Shown: piece by piece, positions 20,715-31,013 of the stretch | Position numbering within the stretch: position 1 is the first letter of the stretch | Layout of the letters: every line of letters begins with the position of its first letter | IMG/VR virus record: IMGVR_UViG_3300035501_000922 | From: a virus | Lineage: Duplodnaviria > Caudoviricetes | Length of the DNA stretch: 64,000 bases | Direction: 5' to 3' (one strand) | Translations under genes and position numbers: made by a program | Notes under the pieces: model-generated | Seen by the model: the letters and a program-made list of their open reading frames with translations, nothing else | Told to the model about the DNA's origin: nothing | Databases searched by the model: none

Positions 20715-21828
20715 CCACTTTCAATTTATAATCAGCATCATCTATATTTATTTCCATAAGGTTTCTATATTCACCTTGGTCGTCTTTATTAGTCCATAAT
20801 GATATACCTCGTATTTTATTAGGCTCACCATTAATAGCAAATAACAAATACACATTTTCATCATCATATTTAACCAAATGACTCATACTTACAGTATCAA
20901 AACATACTACTGCATGTTCATTTATCATTGCTGTCTTAACAAATGCTAGTTGCTTTTCCGTAAGTTTAGTTGTAAACTGTGTATTACCAATATATGATAC
21001 AATATCACCATCTAAAAGATCTCTAAGACGATACATCATTGTCTCTACGCTTTCATTAACTGGTATTATGTTATCTCCAAAAACAGCATAGTTTGATTTA
21101 GATTCAGTCAATTCTCTTTTAAGGTTTGTATCTAGTACTTTAGAACAATGACTACAGAAATCCCTATCAGATATAACATTTGATAATATTCCTATTACAT
21201 CATTATCGTACCTAAATAACCGATTAATTATATTTGACATCATATTCTCCGTACCATTGTACTTTGAATATATCTCTGCATAAATAGTAGGAGATAAACC
21301 AAGTTGCGTAAAGAATAAGAATATTAACGACGCTAATTCTTCTATATCTCCATGATTAGCAATGTTATTATTTATATACTTCAGTATTGTAGTATAAAAT
21401 TTCTGGTCTAATACCCAATCTATTTCTTTACTTCCTTCTTCAAATGAATAATTTATATATAACTCATATCCTTCAAGTTTCCAAGGTATAAGATTAAATA
21501 ATATAAATGAATAGGTTCTTTTATCAGATATACTGTCAATAATAAATCTTATAGACCTGAAAACATTTTTTATTTCATCTAATGTTGATACCTGAGAATT
21601 CAGTATTTCCAATAAACCATTACATACAGCTTGTTTTTCATAAGCACTAAATTTATTAATTGTGTGTACCATATGACTATACTGTGTACATTCTTTTTCA
21701 AGTGGGTCATTAGCATTAACACGAATAAATGTTTTCATTGGTAAATTAAAGTCATTACGATGACTAAATATTTTTACTTTATTTTCCCACGTACCATTTA
21801 AAAATGTATCTCTAAAATAATCCGTCAT
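20680..21828 (-). CDS. Hypothetical (possibly virion) protein
   Basis: 382-aa ORF in late operon, GGTGA RBS, LTE|S and VNE|S motifs. Confidence 0.7.
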   Translation of the reverse strand: MTDYFRDTFLNGTWENKVKIFSHRNDFNLPMKTFIRVNANDPLEKECTQYSHMVHTINKFSAYEKQAVCNGLLEILNSQVSTLDEIKNVFRSIRFIIDSISDKRTYSFILFNLIPWKLEGYELYINYSFEEGSKEIDWVLDQKFYTTILKYINNNIANHGDIEELASLIFLFFTQLGLSPTIYAEIYSKYNGTENMMSNIINRLFRYDNDVIGILSNVISDRDFCSHCSKVLDTNLKRELTESKSNYAVFGDNIIPVNESVETMMYRLRDLLDGDIVSYIGNTQFTTKLTEKQLAFVKTAMINEHAVVCFDTVSMSHLVKYDDENVYLLFAINGEPNKIRGISLWTNKDDQGEYRNLMEINIDDADYKLKVGDEFDYGQQTW

Positions 21829-21839
21829 TATATATCACC

Positions 21840-22622
21840 TCACAACATAACAATATTTTCATTTATTCCTTCATAGTAATTTTCTTTTGCTTTGTCAAGA
21901 AACTCTAGTAATCTCATATTCTGTTTATCAACGATTTTGATATAGTTAAAAGTACTTCTGTTTGATGACATTATCTCATCTTTAAGTTTTTCTTTTACTT
22001 TATCAACTTCAACAATTTTTTGCATTTTGTTTGGATTACTTCCACCATCTTTAATCTCAACTTCAAGATTTAAAGATGCTATGAAAAAATCAGGAATATA
22101 GAAGTGTTTTTCATTATTATAGATATAAAAATATGTATGAGGAGAAGGAGATATAACATCCTCGGGATTAAAATTTAGAGTCTTATCTAAGAACTCTAAA
22201 AAACTTTTTTCATATGAGCCAACATAAGTTGATTCATGAGCATGATCTCTCCAAAGATATCTACCACTTATTTTTCTTTTAGCAAGCATTAATCTTTGTT
22301 GTTCGGGGTCATTAAGTAAATTAGTCTTTCCATATTTACCAATCATTCTTTTTTGAAAAGTTTGAATATATTTTTCTTTACACTTAGGATTATTACAAAA
22401 ACGATTATATTTATGAGTCTTATCATTCCATGTGGTAGGCTTTTTACACATCACGCAACTACCTTCTTTTTTACCAGTACGTAAGAAATATGTAAAATGC
22501 CACGCATCCATATCTTCAGGAATTAATTCTCCATGTTCTTTTTCCATATGAGCAACTAAGTCAGCAACATCATAAAAATAATTATTACAGAATTTACAAT
22601 AAACTCTTCTTTTTGTAGCCAT
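21840..22622 (-). CDS. Zn-finger + PD-(D/E)xK nuclease (head-completion/TnsA-like)
   Basis: CKFC..H..H and CVMC/C..C fingers; SYE..F, YIPDF...EVEIKD; late motif 22656..22667. Confidence 0.65.
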   Translation of the reverse strand: MATKRRVYCKFCNNYFYDVADLVAHMEKEHGELIPEDMDAWHFTYFLRTGKKEGSCVMCKKPTTWNDKTHKYNRFCNNPKCKEKYIQTFQKRMIGKYGKTNLLNDPEQQRLMLAKRKISGRYLWRDHAHESTYVGSYEKSFLEFLDKTLNFNPEDVISPSPHTYFYIYNNEKHFYIPDFFIASLNLEVEIKDGGSNPNKMQKIVEVDKVKEKLKDEIMSSNRSTFNYIKIVDKQNMRLLEFLDKAKENYYEGINENIVML

Positions 22623-22816
22623 TTTTATTCACCAACTTTCATATAGTTTTAGGCTTATTCTAATGTTTTTTATGCTTCTTTTTATTGCAAAAAAAAATAT
22701 GAAAAAATTCATATCTTCTTCTTTTCTTTATTTTGACATTACTATAATCGTAAATATGAAATTTAATACGAATTACAATGTGTTAAATCACAGTAATTCA
22801 AGAAAGGATTGATTTT

Positions 22817-23236
22817 ATGGCAGTGGATCCAACCTATGGTGTTAATAACTTTAACAAGGCGAAAGTTCTTACAGAAGCTGAGACCTATGTAAATAACATC
22901 TTAGCAATTTTGTTTGGTAAACCTGGTTTCTATCCGTCAATTCCAAATCTTGGAATGGATATACAACAGGAACTTTATAAATTTGAAGATGAGATCAATA
23001 CTGATCAAATAAAAGCTCAACTAGCTTCACAATGTCAGGACTTTTTACCTATTATTAAAGATGGTACCATGGACGTACTTACAACTACATACAATAATAA
23101 CACAATGTTACTTTTTGTATTACCTGTGATTATAGATAAGAATAATACTGCTTTAGCATTAGGTGTAACAGTTAATGAAAAAGGCGAAATGGTTTATAAC
23201 TTTACAGCTAACCCAGAAAATACGCAGATAATTTAA
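22817..23236 (+). CDS. Baseplate wedge protein (gp25-like)
   Basis: ILFGKPGFYPSIPNLGMDI..LY resembles gp25 G.R...P.FG motif. Confidence 0.6.
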   Translation: MAVDPTYGVNNFNKAKVLTEAETYVNNILAILFGKPGFYPSIPNLGMDIQQELYKFEDEINTDQIKAQLASQCQDFLPIIKDGTMDVLTTTYNNNTMLLFVLPVIIDKNNTALALGVTVNEKGEMVYNFTANPENTQII

Positions 23237-23263
23237 AATCTTAGAAGGAGGTACGAATTAAAA

Positions 23264-24967
23264 ATGAGTACTAATATTAACGAAATTAACAATAACGATT
23301 TTTTTACCGAAGGTAATAATCGAGATGAGAGTATTGATATAAACTCTCTAATTAAGACAAAAACAAGTGATACTGTCACGACTACAGCTCCTAAGCAACT
23401 TTCTCCTTTGGAGCAGATGCAACAAGACAAACAAGAGCGTAATCTTGGAACGGTAGTTGCTAATGACTCATTGAAGGAAAAAGAACTTCGTGACCCTATA
23501 ATGGATGATCAGAGACTTAATGAATTCGATCAGAGACTCAAAGACTTGGATGACACTATGGAAAAAAGAAAAGCCATCGTAGTTACCCGTGAACCTGTAA
23601 ACCAAGTACAGTATATGCAGTTAATGATGGAACTTGATTCCGTAAAAATTGATGACAATGGTGAAGCATCAATTAATTACACTGATAAGAATGGAAATCC
23701 CCTTATTCCTCAGTTTATTCGTTTACGTGAAGATGGTGACCCTGCTTTTGATATAGAAGCTGATAACCAGAAGATGGAAGAATATAAGAATCTTAAGGAT
23801 TCACCGGCAAATGCAGGTGAAACAACTGACGCAGATTCTGAACAGAGCGATGATGTATCGGGTATTGTAAAGGTTATTATTGATAAGACTGGTCTTGGTA
23901 CTGATTTTATCTTTAATGAAGAGGAAAAGAAAAAGCTGTATGAAGCATCCGAAATTCATTTAACAGAGGTTTCTTTCCTTGACCTTAAGACTATCAATTC
24001 AAAGAGAAGTGATAAGTCATTCCAAGAATCAATTAATGAATACCAGTTAGCTAATTCAAAGACCACTATTTGTTTCCCTGCGTCTGGATTTAGAGCACAA
24101 ATGAAGGGCATGACATATGGTGAAATGGGTGATGTAGCCCTGTCAATGGATTCTGTAACCGTTGACCAGTATTATAAGAGACTTAGCATTATTTATAACA
24201 AGATGTGCAATATCTCAACTGGTCCTTTTGATTCATTTGAAGATTTCTTAAAGGGATTTGCATATGTTGATATCCCCATGGCACTTTATGGTTTATATAT
24301 TTCAACCCAGCCTGAAATTCAGCAGATTCAGCTTCGTTGTGGTAAGTCTAGCTGTGAAAAGACATTTAACTGGGAATTTAGCACACGCAGTGTACTTCGT
24401 CTTGAAAAGTGCAGTCCTACATTCTTAGAGAAGATGAAGGAAATTGCAACTTCTCCTGCAATTGAATATGACAATATTCGTAACAAGTCCGCTGTACTTA
24501 ATTCTAAATATATTGAATTACCGTATAGTAAGTTTGTTATTGAGATGGGTGTCATTTCTGCTTATGAATTCTTGTATAATTTTATTCCTGTACTTGATGA
24601 GAATACATTCAAACAGGCATTTGGTGATGACCTTAATCAGATTTATGTAAATAACGTACTTCTTCTCACCACAGTACGTTCCGTTAGAATTCCTAACTCG
24701 GATGGTACATATACCGTTTGTGAAGGATATAAGGATATTCTTGATGCTATCTATAACATCAGACCTGAGGAAATTAAGCTTGTTGCTGCTATTGCAAATA
24801 AGCTTACTTCTGAATATCAGACACATTTCTCGTTTGGTGATGTTGTTTGCCCACATTGCGGAAATGTAACACATGATCTCGACTTAACAATGGATGATCT
24901 GGTTTTTCAGACATATCAACGGTTGCTGAGTACCGAGATCAATGTAGAGAACATTCGAGGTTTCTAG
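23264..24967 (+). CDS. Baseplate hub/tail assembly chaperone (gp26-like C-terminal region)
   Basis: FPASG...KGMTYGE, LRC...C, CPHCG motifs. Confidence 0.55.
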   Translation: MSTNINEINNNDFFTEGNNRDESIDINSLIKTKTSDTVTTTAPKQLSPLEQMQQDKQERNLGTVVANDSLKEKELRDPIMDDQRLNEFDQRLKDLDDTMEKRKAIVVTREPVNQVQYMQLMMELDSVKIDDNGEASINYTDKNGNPLIPQFIRLREDGDPAFDIEADNQKMEEYKNLKDSPANAGETTDADSEQSDDVSGIVKVIIDKTGLGTDFIFNEEEKKKLYEASEIHLTEVSFLDLKTINSKRSDKSFQESINEYQLANSKTTICFPASGFRAQMKGMTYGEMGDVALSMDSVTVDQYYKRLSIIYNKMCNISTGPFDSFEDFLKGFAYVDIPMALYGLYISTQPEIQQIQLRCGKSSCEKTFNWEFSTRSVLRLEKCSPTFLEKMKEIATSPAIEYDNIRNKSAVLNSKYIELPYSKFVIEMGVISAYEFLYNFIPVLDENTFKQAFGDDLNQIYVNNVLLLTTVRSVRIPNSDGTYTVCEGYKDILDAIYNIRPEEIKLVAAIANKLTSEYQTHFSFGDVVCPHCGNVTHDLDLTMDDLVFQTYQRLLSTEINVENIRGF

Positions 24968-25155
24968 ACGCAACTTTAGCCTTATTTAAAGGTGAACTAA
25001 GTCTTACAGATATTTTGGATGTACTCACATTTCGAAGGTTACTGGAGCTTCGGTCTGCTCGTGTTGATCGATTGATGGAAGACGCTAAGGATATAGAAAA
25101 GGAACAAAAAGACCGTCAGAGTGAGGAAATTAGGAATCGGATTATAAGCAAATAA
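24898..25155 (+). CDS. Start-less -1 frame extension of upstream chaperone (not in ORF track)
   Basis: Open frame ...FLDATLALFKGELSLTDILDVLTFRRLLELRSARVDRLMEDAK...IISK* overlapping the upstream stop. Confidence 0.6.
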   Translation, partial: SGFSDISTVAEYRDQCREHSRFLDATLALFKGELSLTDILDVLTFRRLLELRSARVDRLMEDAKDIEKEQKDRQSEEIRNRIISK

Positions 25156-25203
25156 GTGATAAGTTTCTTTCTTTGACACTTTTGAAGAAAGGAATTCGCA
25201 ATT

Positions 25204-25521
25204 ATGAAGAAGACGATGACTGAATATATATCAGCATTATCTGAAAATAATTTTGAAATACTGGAGAAGATTATTCAAAAAAAGTATCGAAAATTTACAG
25301 CAATGTATTGGATGCTTAAAGAATACAGTAATCATGTTGCTGCGTTAAAATATAAAGATACTGATAACGATGTGCTTGAAATAGAAGTAACTTTATCAGG
25401 TGTTAATATTGACACTGTAATGGAGAATCTACAATCTAGTATGCCAGATGATTTTTCAATACTGATATGGAATGAAAAGAAAAAAATTCATATTGAAATC
25501 ACAAAAGAAGAAAATGATTAA
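25204..25521 (+). CDS. Hypothetical protein
   Basis: ORF with GAAAGGA RBS. Confidence 0.75.
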   Translation: MKKTMTEYISALSENNFEILEKIIQKKYRKFTAMYWMLKEYSNHVAALKYKDTDNDVLEIEVTLSGVNIDTVMENLQSSMPDDFSILIWNEKKKIHIEITKEEND

Positions 25522-25540
25522 AAAAAAATAGCTGTGCGAA

Positions 25541-25681
25541 TTAACGCACAGCTATTTTTGTACCATCTTCATCATAAACGAAGAGAGTTGGCTCGTTGTT
25601 ATCGAGTTTGTCAATAAGTTTGACAAACTTATTGAATCCTCTACGCATTTTAACAATGACCTTAACAATATTTTTTTCCAT
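25541..25681 (-). CDS. Small early protein
   Basis: MEKNIVK start after GGAGG, own early-type promoter. Confidence 0.6.
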   Translation of the reverse strand: MEKNIVKVIVKMRRGFNKFVKLIDKLDNNEPTLFVYDEDGTKIAVR

Positions 25682-25728
25682 AATTTTAACCTCCATAATA
25701 TTGTAATATTTATGTATTTTACACGGAG

Positions 25729-25760
25729 ATAATATATAAATCAAAAAGCTGACTTTACGG
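25729..25760 (-). promoter_or_regulatory. Early-type phage promoter (CCGTAAA...TTATATATTAT)
   Basis: TTATAYATTAT core recurs about 13 times upstream of non-structural genes. Confidence 0.65.
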
Positions 25761-25847
25761 ATAGAGATATGTATTCATTTGTATTGCATCTTATTATACA
25801 AAAAAATAAAGGTGATATGTATATTTGTTACATATCACCTTTATTTA

Positions 25848-27293
25848 TTAAACATCATCCATAGTCATAATAATAATCTCTTTACATTTCTTTTTCATTA
25901 CAGGCATAATCCTTTTTAGAAATTCATAACTTTCTTTAATTGCAGTGTCTACAGGATAAAACATAAATGTATCATCATCATCTGAATATTCTCTCAGTCT
26001 GCCTCTCAATTGATCTGCCAATGCTTTTGAACCTATAGGTTCAAGATTAATTACAACACGTAAACCTTTTATATCATCACCTTCACCTATTGATTTAATA
26101 GTTGATGATATTATATCAGAATCATATCCTCGTTCATTCTGTGCTACAGTATTTCTACTATGAACAGTTCCAACTGATTTAGTGGTATACTTTTTTATCT
26201 GTTCAGCAATACAATTAACAGAATCAACCTTAGGAGATATTACAAGTGTCTTACCCTCTAATCTGTCAGTTTGGTCAATAAGACGATGAAGTACTTTCAT
26301 CATAGTATTTCCATCTTCATTTAAGGCATAATCAATATATCTATAAGATGAAAATCCATATGATGTAGAAATCTTATTTCGTTCTTCAATAGTCGGATTA
26401 CTATGATAATAAACAACGACAAAAACAATATGCTTACGTTTTTCTTCATAATTCATTGTTTCTTCTCCGAATCTATATACCGAAGAATATGCTGTTTTAA
26501 ATATTCTTACTTCTTTTGGGTCACTTCGTGTAAATGTAGCTGTTAAATAGTATGAACGTTTAACATTAGAGAAGTAATCAATCATTAAAGAATTTTCAAA
26601 GAATTTATGGGCTTCATCTACAACTTTAACACCAACTTTTATTTTCTTAAAGAAATCTCTTATTGATGTCCATCCATGAATACGTGCATAAGCATTAATA
26701 GTTTGATGATTTACGTAATAAATATCAGCATTAATTTTTCCTTTCATAATCTCATCAATTACTTCTGAACCCGAAATATCGCAAATCTGTGTTTCATCAA
26801 CTGACGTCATTTCGAGGATAGTTTTAATCCACTGCTCTTTTATTCTTTGTTTATGTGTAATAACAATTGCTTTCATTTTCATTTTCAATATAGCATTTGT
26901 CATACAGAAAGTTTTTCCATCACCAGTATCTAAGTTTAGTCCAAACTGTGATTGATAATTTCCTTTTATGAATCGTCCCTCTGAAATTAAGAAATCTATT
27001 GATTCTTCCTGTATCCTATTTTTAGGTTTAAATTTCATAGTTCCTTTTTTGATTTTTGTGAAATCATCATATTGAGAAACAACCACAGGTGTTGCATTGA
27101 ATATATTCTGTAAAAGAGAAAGATTTACTCCTCTTGGTAAATACAGAATACCATTTTGAATATAGTACCCAATTGGAATGTACTTATGCGTAACATTATC
27201 ATACTTTGATAGTACCTTTTCAATATGAGGTGCATCACCTAGTTCATACGGATATACTTCAATATGACTATGAAAAACTCTTATTTCAGCCAT
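25848..27293 (-). CDS. Superfamily 2 helicase (UvsW-like)
   Basis: TGDGKT, VVDEAH, LTAT, GEGDDI, QLRGRLR motifs. Confidence 0.9.
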   Translation of the reverse strand: MAEIRVFHSHIEVYPYELGDAPHIEKVLSKYDNVTHKYIPIGYYIQNGILYLPRGVNLSLLQNIFNATPVVVSQYDDFTKIKKGTMKFKPKNRIQEESIDFLISEGRFIKGNYQSQFGLNLDTGDGKTFCMTNAILKMKMKAIVITHKQRIKEQWIKTILEMTSVDETQICDISGSEVIDEIMKGKINADIYYVNHQTINAYARIHGWTSIRDFFKKIKVGVKVVDEAHKFFENSLMIDYFSNVKRSYYLTATFTRSDPKEVRIFKTAYSSVYRFGEETMNYEEKRKHIVFVVVYYHSNPTIEERNKISTSYGFSSYRYIDYALNEDGNTMMKVLHRLIDQTDRLEGKTLVISPKVDSVNCIAEQIKKYTTKSVGTVHSRNTVAQNERGYDSDIISSTIKSIGEGDDIKGLRVVINLEPIGSKALADQLRGRLREYSDDDDTFMFYPVDTAIKESYEFLKRIMPVMKKKCKEIIIMTMDDV

Positions 27294-27351
27294 TTAATTC
27301 ACCTTCTAATAAAAAATAAAGGCTATGAAATGAATCATAGCCTTTATACAA

Positions 27352-27684
27352 TTAAAACTTGTTACCGAACATATTGGAACGACGATTAGAGAATAAATCA
27401 TCATAATCATCATCGTTGCTGTTATTCTGAGTCTTTCCAAACTTTCCGTTAGCAGCGATTATGATAACCGTCTTTGTCAATATTTCTTCACGTTCTTCTG
27501 ATGAGAACGGACGAATAAGATTAGCTATGTCAGTAACAGTGTTATTCTTATTACTGCCATTCAGTCCTTTCGTCTTAGCACGGTCAATCAATGCTTCAGC
27601 TATAATATTAGCTGTCTTCTCAATGATAGCGTTCCGCTTGCTTACCAAATCCTCGATTTGGGTTTTTGCTGTCATCATGTTCAT
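27352..27684 (-). CDS. Hypothetical protein
   Basis: ORF with AAAGGAG RBS and downstream hairpin. Confidence 0.7.
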   Translation of the reverse strand: MNMMTAKTQIEDLVSKRNAIIEKTANIIAEALIDRAKTKGLNGSNKNNTVTDIANLIRPFSSEEREEILTKTVIIIAANGKFGKTQNNSNDDDYDDLFSNRRSNMFGNKF

Positions 27685-27764
27685 AATACCATTCTCCTTT
27701 TAAAGTATTTTATTTAATTACAGGTATAAAACCTATTAATTACATTGTAACTGTAATAATTGAA

Positions 27765-27935
27765 TTACAAGATTTTTATTAGTGATATACTAATTATCAT
27801 ACTTATCATAATTATAAATACTGCTGCATACTGAGTACCCAGTTCTGTCTTTATTACATATAACAAATATGATATAAGTAAAGCGGCTAAAGCCGCAAGT
27901 ATAATAATAAATATTACAGTAACTGCAACAAGCAT
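27765..27935 (-). CDS. Small two-TM membrane protein (56 aa, not in ORF track)
   Basis: MLVAVTVIFIIILAALAALLISYLLYVIKTELGTQYAAVFIIMISMIISISLIKIL; GGGTGA RBS at ppk stop. Confidence 0.65.
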   Translation of the reverse strand: MLVAVTVIFIIILAALAALLISYLLYVIKTELGTQYAAVFIIMISMIISISLIKIL

Positions 27936-27942
27936 TTGTCAT

Positions 27943-29958
27943 TCACCCTTTCTTTATTTTCGTCCTATCATCACTGTGTTTTATAAACCAATCATGACAA
28001 GAGAAATCACCTTTTTGCTTATGCCATATGCCCTTTTTATCCATGACAAATGAGTTTCTTTTATCCTCTTTATATACATCAATCATCCATTGCAGTTGCT
28101 CAACTACAGAAGAATCTTTTAATGATATTAAAGTCTCAACTCGTTTATCAAGATTACGGGTTAATAAATCTGCGGAAGATATATAGTATTCATGGTTATT
28201 ACCATTCTTAAAATAATAGATTCTACTATGCTCAAGAAATCTTCCTACAATAGATTTTATAAATAGATTTTTTCTCGGTACTATACTGCAAACTCCTCTG
28301 CATACAATATATACCTTTACTCCTTTATCGGCAGCTTCATAAATTTTATTAGCCATAATCTTATCTGACAATGAATTTATCTTCATAAAGATTTCAGCCT
28401 TTTTACCATTCTTTGCAAAAGTTATTTCTCTATCTATGCAATTAATGAGTCTTTTACGAAGCGTTACAGGTGAATAATAAATTTTCTGCAGTTTCTCATC
28501 AGGATTTGAATGTCCTGACAAGATATTGAAAATATGCAATAAATCAATACCAATCTTTTGCTTACTGGTAAAGTAAGATAAATCGGTATAAAGTCTTGCA
28601 GTCTTTTCATTATAGTTTCCTGTTGCTACATGTGAGTAAACGCAAAGCTTATTATTTTCATTTCGAATGATAACACATAATTTACAATGTGTTTTTAAAT
28701 ACTCCATACCTAAAATAACAGTAACGCCAGCATTCTGTAATTTAGATATCAATCGAATATTATTTTCTTCATCAAAACGAGCTTTAATTTCAACCAACAC
28801 TGAAACTTTCTTACCATTTTTAGATGCTTTACAAAGTGCATCAACTATTGGTGAATCAATAGATGATACTCTATAAAGTGTTTGTTTAATAGCAACGACA
28901 TCTTTATCATTTGCTGCATGTTGAATAAACTTAACGACTGTATCATAACTATCGTATGGATGTTGTAGAAGTATATCTTCGTTGCGTATAGCTTCAAACA
29001 TATTATAATAGTTTTCGTTATTTTCGTAAATGAATGGTTCAAAAGATTTATATGATTCACTAGAATCAAGTATTGGTTGACTAAACCGTTTGTAATATAG
29101 AATTTTTGAATCCGTATACACATGTCCATTTGGTATCTTAAAAATACTCATAAGAATATTCTTCAATCTTTCAGGGCTGCTACTGGATATTTCTATAAAT
29201 AATGGATTACTGTGTTCACGTTTGCGGATAGTTTCAGACATTCTGTCCACAATAAAACGACTTGTATCATGAGACAGAATGATAGAGGCATCTCTAATTA
29301 TACGAAATACACCTTTAGAGACAATGTCTTTATTGATAAAAAGCGTATCGTTCATATAGTACGTTATAATGTCCTCTATCATAATTACTTTATCACCAAT
29401 TTGATAAAGCTTATCTATCTCATTTTCAATTGGTATGATTACAACTTCTTCAATCCCATTATTCATAATCGTAACAACGATACAAAGTTCCCCAGAAGAT
29501 ATAGGAGGTATGCTGTTACAGTTACTTATATGGAGCGGAGTTAATAATGGAAATATATTTGTCATATATTCATTATAAAGATTTTCTTTTTCTTTTTTAT
29601 TAAGGTCGGATATTTTAACAAATTTTATTCCATTTTTACCAAGTTCATCTTTAAGAATTTTATATGCTTCATTTTGCATTTTCTTAAAAGATTTTATCCT
29701 CTTTAGAATATCTGAATATGGCTCATCATCTTGGTTATGATATGCATTAGCAAATCTTACAGATATAACCTCATCAAAGTTACTATCTGTTATGGCTAAG
29801 AAATTCAAACGTTCATTGAGAGGGGTATTTTTTGAGAGAGCACATGATAGAACTCTCTCATTGAAATCAATTAGTGAAAGTTCACGGTTAATAAATTTAC
29901 CGTGTACTTTTGTTTTCTTTTTGATTTCCATTTCATATGTGTTTAAGTTTAATTTCAT
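27943..29958 (-). CDS. ppk1: Polyphosphate kinase 1
   Basis: FINRELS..FNERVL, HPYDSY, IKQTLYR, EIKARFDEENNI, LKTHCK, TGNYN, SIVGRFLEHSRI, SSADLLTRNLDKRVE. Confidence 0.95.
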   Translation of the reverse strand: MKLNLNTYEMEIKKKTKVHGKFINRELSLIDFNERVLSCALSKNTPLNERLNFLAITDSNFDEVISVRFANAYHNQDDEPYSDILKRIKSFKKMQNEAYKILKDELGKNGIKFVKISDLNKKEKENLYNEYMTNIFPLLTPLHISNCNSIPPISSGELCIVVTIMNNGIEEVVIIPIENEIDKLYQIGDKVIMIEDIITYYMNDTLFINKDIVSKGVFRIIRDASIILSHDTSRFIVDRMSETIRKREHSNPLFIEISSSSPERLKNILMSIFKIPNGHVYTDSKILYYKRFSQPILDSSESYKSFEPFIYENNENYYNMFEAIRNEDILLQHPYDSYDTVVKFIQHAANDKDVVAIKQTLYRVSSIDSPIVDALCKASKNGKKVSVLVEIKARFDEENNIRLISKLQNAGVTVILGMEYLKTHCKLCVIIRNENNKLCVYSHVATGNYNEKTARLYTDLSYFTSKQKIGIDLLHIFNILSGHSNPDEKLQKIYYSPVTLRKRLINCIDREITFAKNGKKAEIFMKINSLSDKIMANKIYEAADKGVKVYIVCRGVCSIVPRKNLFIKSIVGRFLEHSRIYYFKNGNNHEYYISSADLLTRNLDKRVETLISLKDSSVVEQLQWMIDVYKEDKRNSFVMDKKGIWHKQKGDFSCHDWFIKHSDDRTKIKKG

Positions 29959-30649
29959 TTATTAATACCTCTATTAAATCTTCTACATCTATAAATTGGT
30001 CTTTACGACTTGAATAAACTACAGGTTTCTTAAGCGGTGTAAGTTGATCACTACCATTGTCTTTAGCAATAACATAAAAATCAACACCGAGTAATTCTGA
30101 CCAACTTAGAAAATATGGAAGACCTGTTTTGGTTGTACCATGTAAAGCTGACCGCATATTAGAAAGAGCATATTTTTCACCCAGTTTATATTTTAATCTG
30201 TTAGTGTTAATATTCTTATTATTGATAACAGTCTTAAGCGTCTTCTTAAGAAAATCGTCATAATCGTGTATTGTTTCTACACATATGTCTGCACCATTAT
30301 TCATGGCATCTATAGCCTGTTCGTCATAAAGCACATCATCTTCGTTTGTATTTTTAACCATCACTTTCAGAGATAGATTTTTAAGATTATCTCCGTGATA
30401 TGTCTCCAATACTTTTTCATCTGGATGGGAGAACTCTTTTTCTCCTTTTTCATTCAACCAAAAATAGGGATATTCATTACTATTAATTGGTTTTCCTGAA
30501 CCTGAATAAATCCAGACTTGTTCGTTCTCGTCAATGTACCCTTTTTTATCAATGAGTACACCACTTTCTTTACTTGTTTTGCTTCGGTCTATCATACCTA
30601 CGACCGCAACAGTTTTCTCCTTGTCAACTATATATAATGGAAATTCCAT
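29933..30649 (-). CDS. Hypothetical protein
   Basis: First gene of ppk operon; early motif 30694..30704. Confidence 0.75.
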   Translation of the reverse strand: MEFPLYIVDKEKTVAVVGMIDRSKTSKESGVLIDKKGYIDENEQVWIYSGSGKPINSNEYPYFWLNEKGEKEFSHPDEKVLETYHGDNLKNLSLKVMVKNTNEDDVLYDEQAIDAMNNGADICVETIHDYDDFLKKTLKTVINNKNINTNRLKYKLGEKYALSNMRSALHGTTKTGLPYFLSWSELLGVDFYVIAKDNGSDQLTPLKKPVVYSSRKDQFIDVEDLIEVLINEIKLKHI

Positions 30650-30782
30650 ATAGCATGACTCCTTTCAATATAAATTATAATAAATACACAAAAATAATAT
30701 ATAACTATTTATTGTAAAGTGGAATGAAAAATAATAAGATACTATTCAAACAAAAAAGAAGAAGAAAGAATGACTCTTGTTG

Positions 30783-31004
30783 TCATTCTTTCTTATTACC
30801 GATAACGTAACCTAACTTTCTAAGTTTGTATCTAGCTATTTCATCTGAAATATATTTTCCAATTGTAATAATCATCGATATAATTGTGAGAACAAAATAA
30901 AGTCCTACAAGTAATACAACTGACGCTAATAGAAATGGAATAATACATATTAAAATCATAGCAAATAACACACCGACTAAAAAGTTTTTAATACGTTTAA
31001 GCAT
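30783..31004 (-). CDS. Small membrane protein
   Basis: Long hydrophobic stretch; GAGGTG RBS. Confidence 0.65.
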   Translation of the reverse strand: MLKRIKNFLVGVLFAMILICIIPFLLASVVLLVGLYFVLTIISMIITIGKYISDEIARYKLRKLGYVIGNKKE

Positions 31005-31013
31005 CTTATCACC

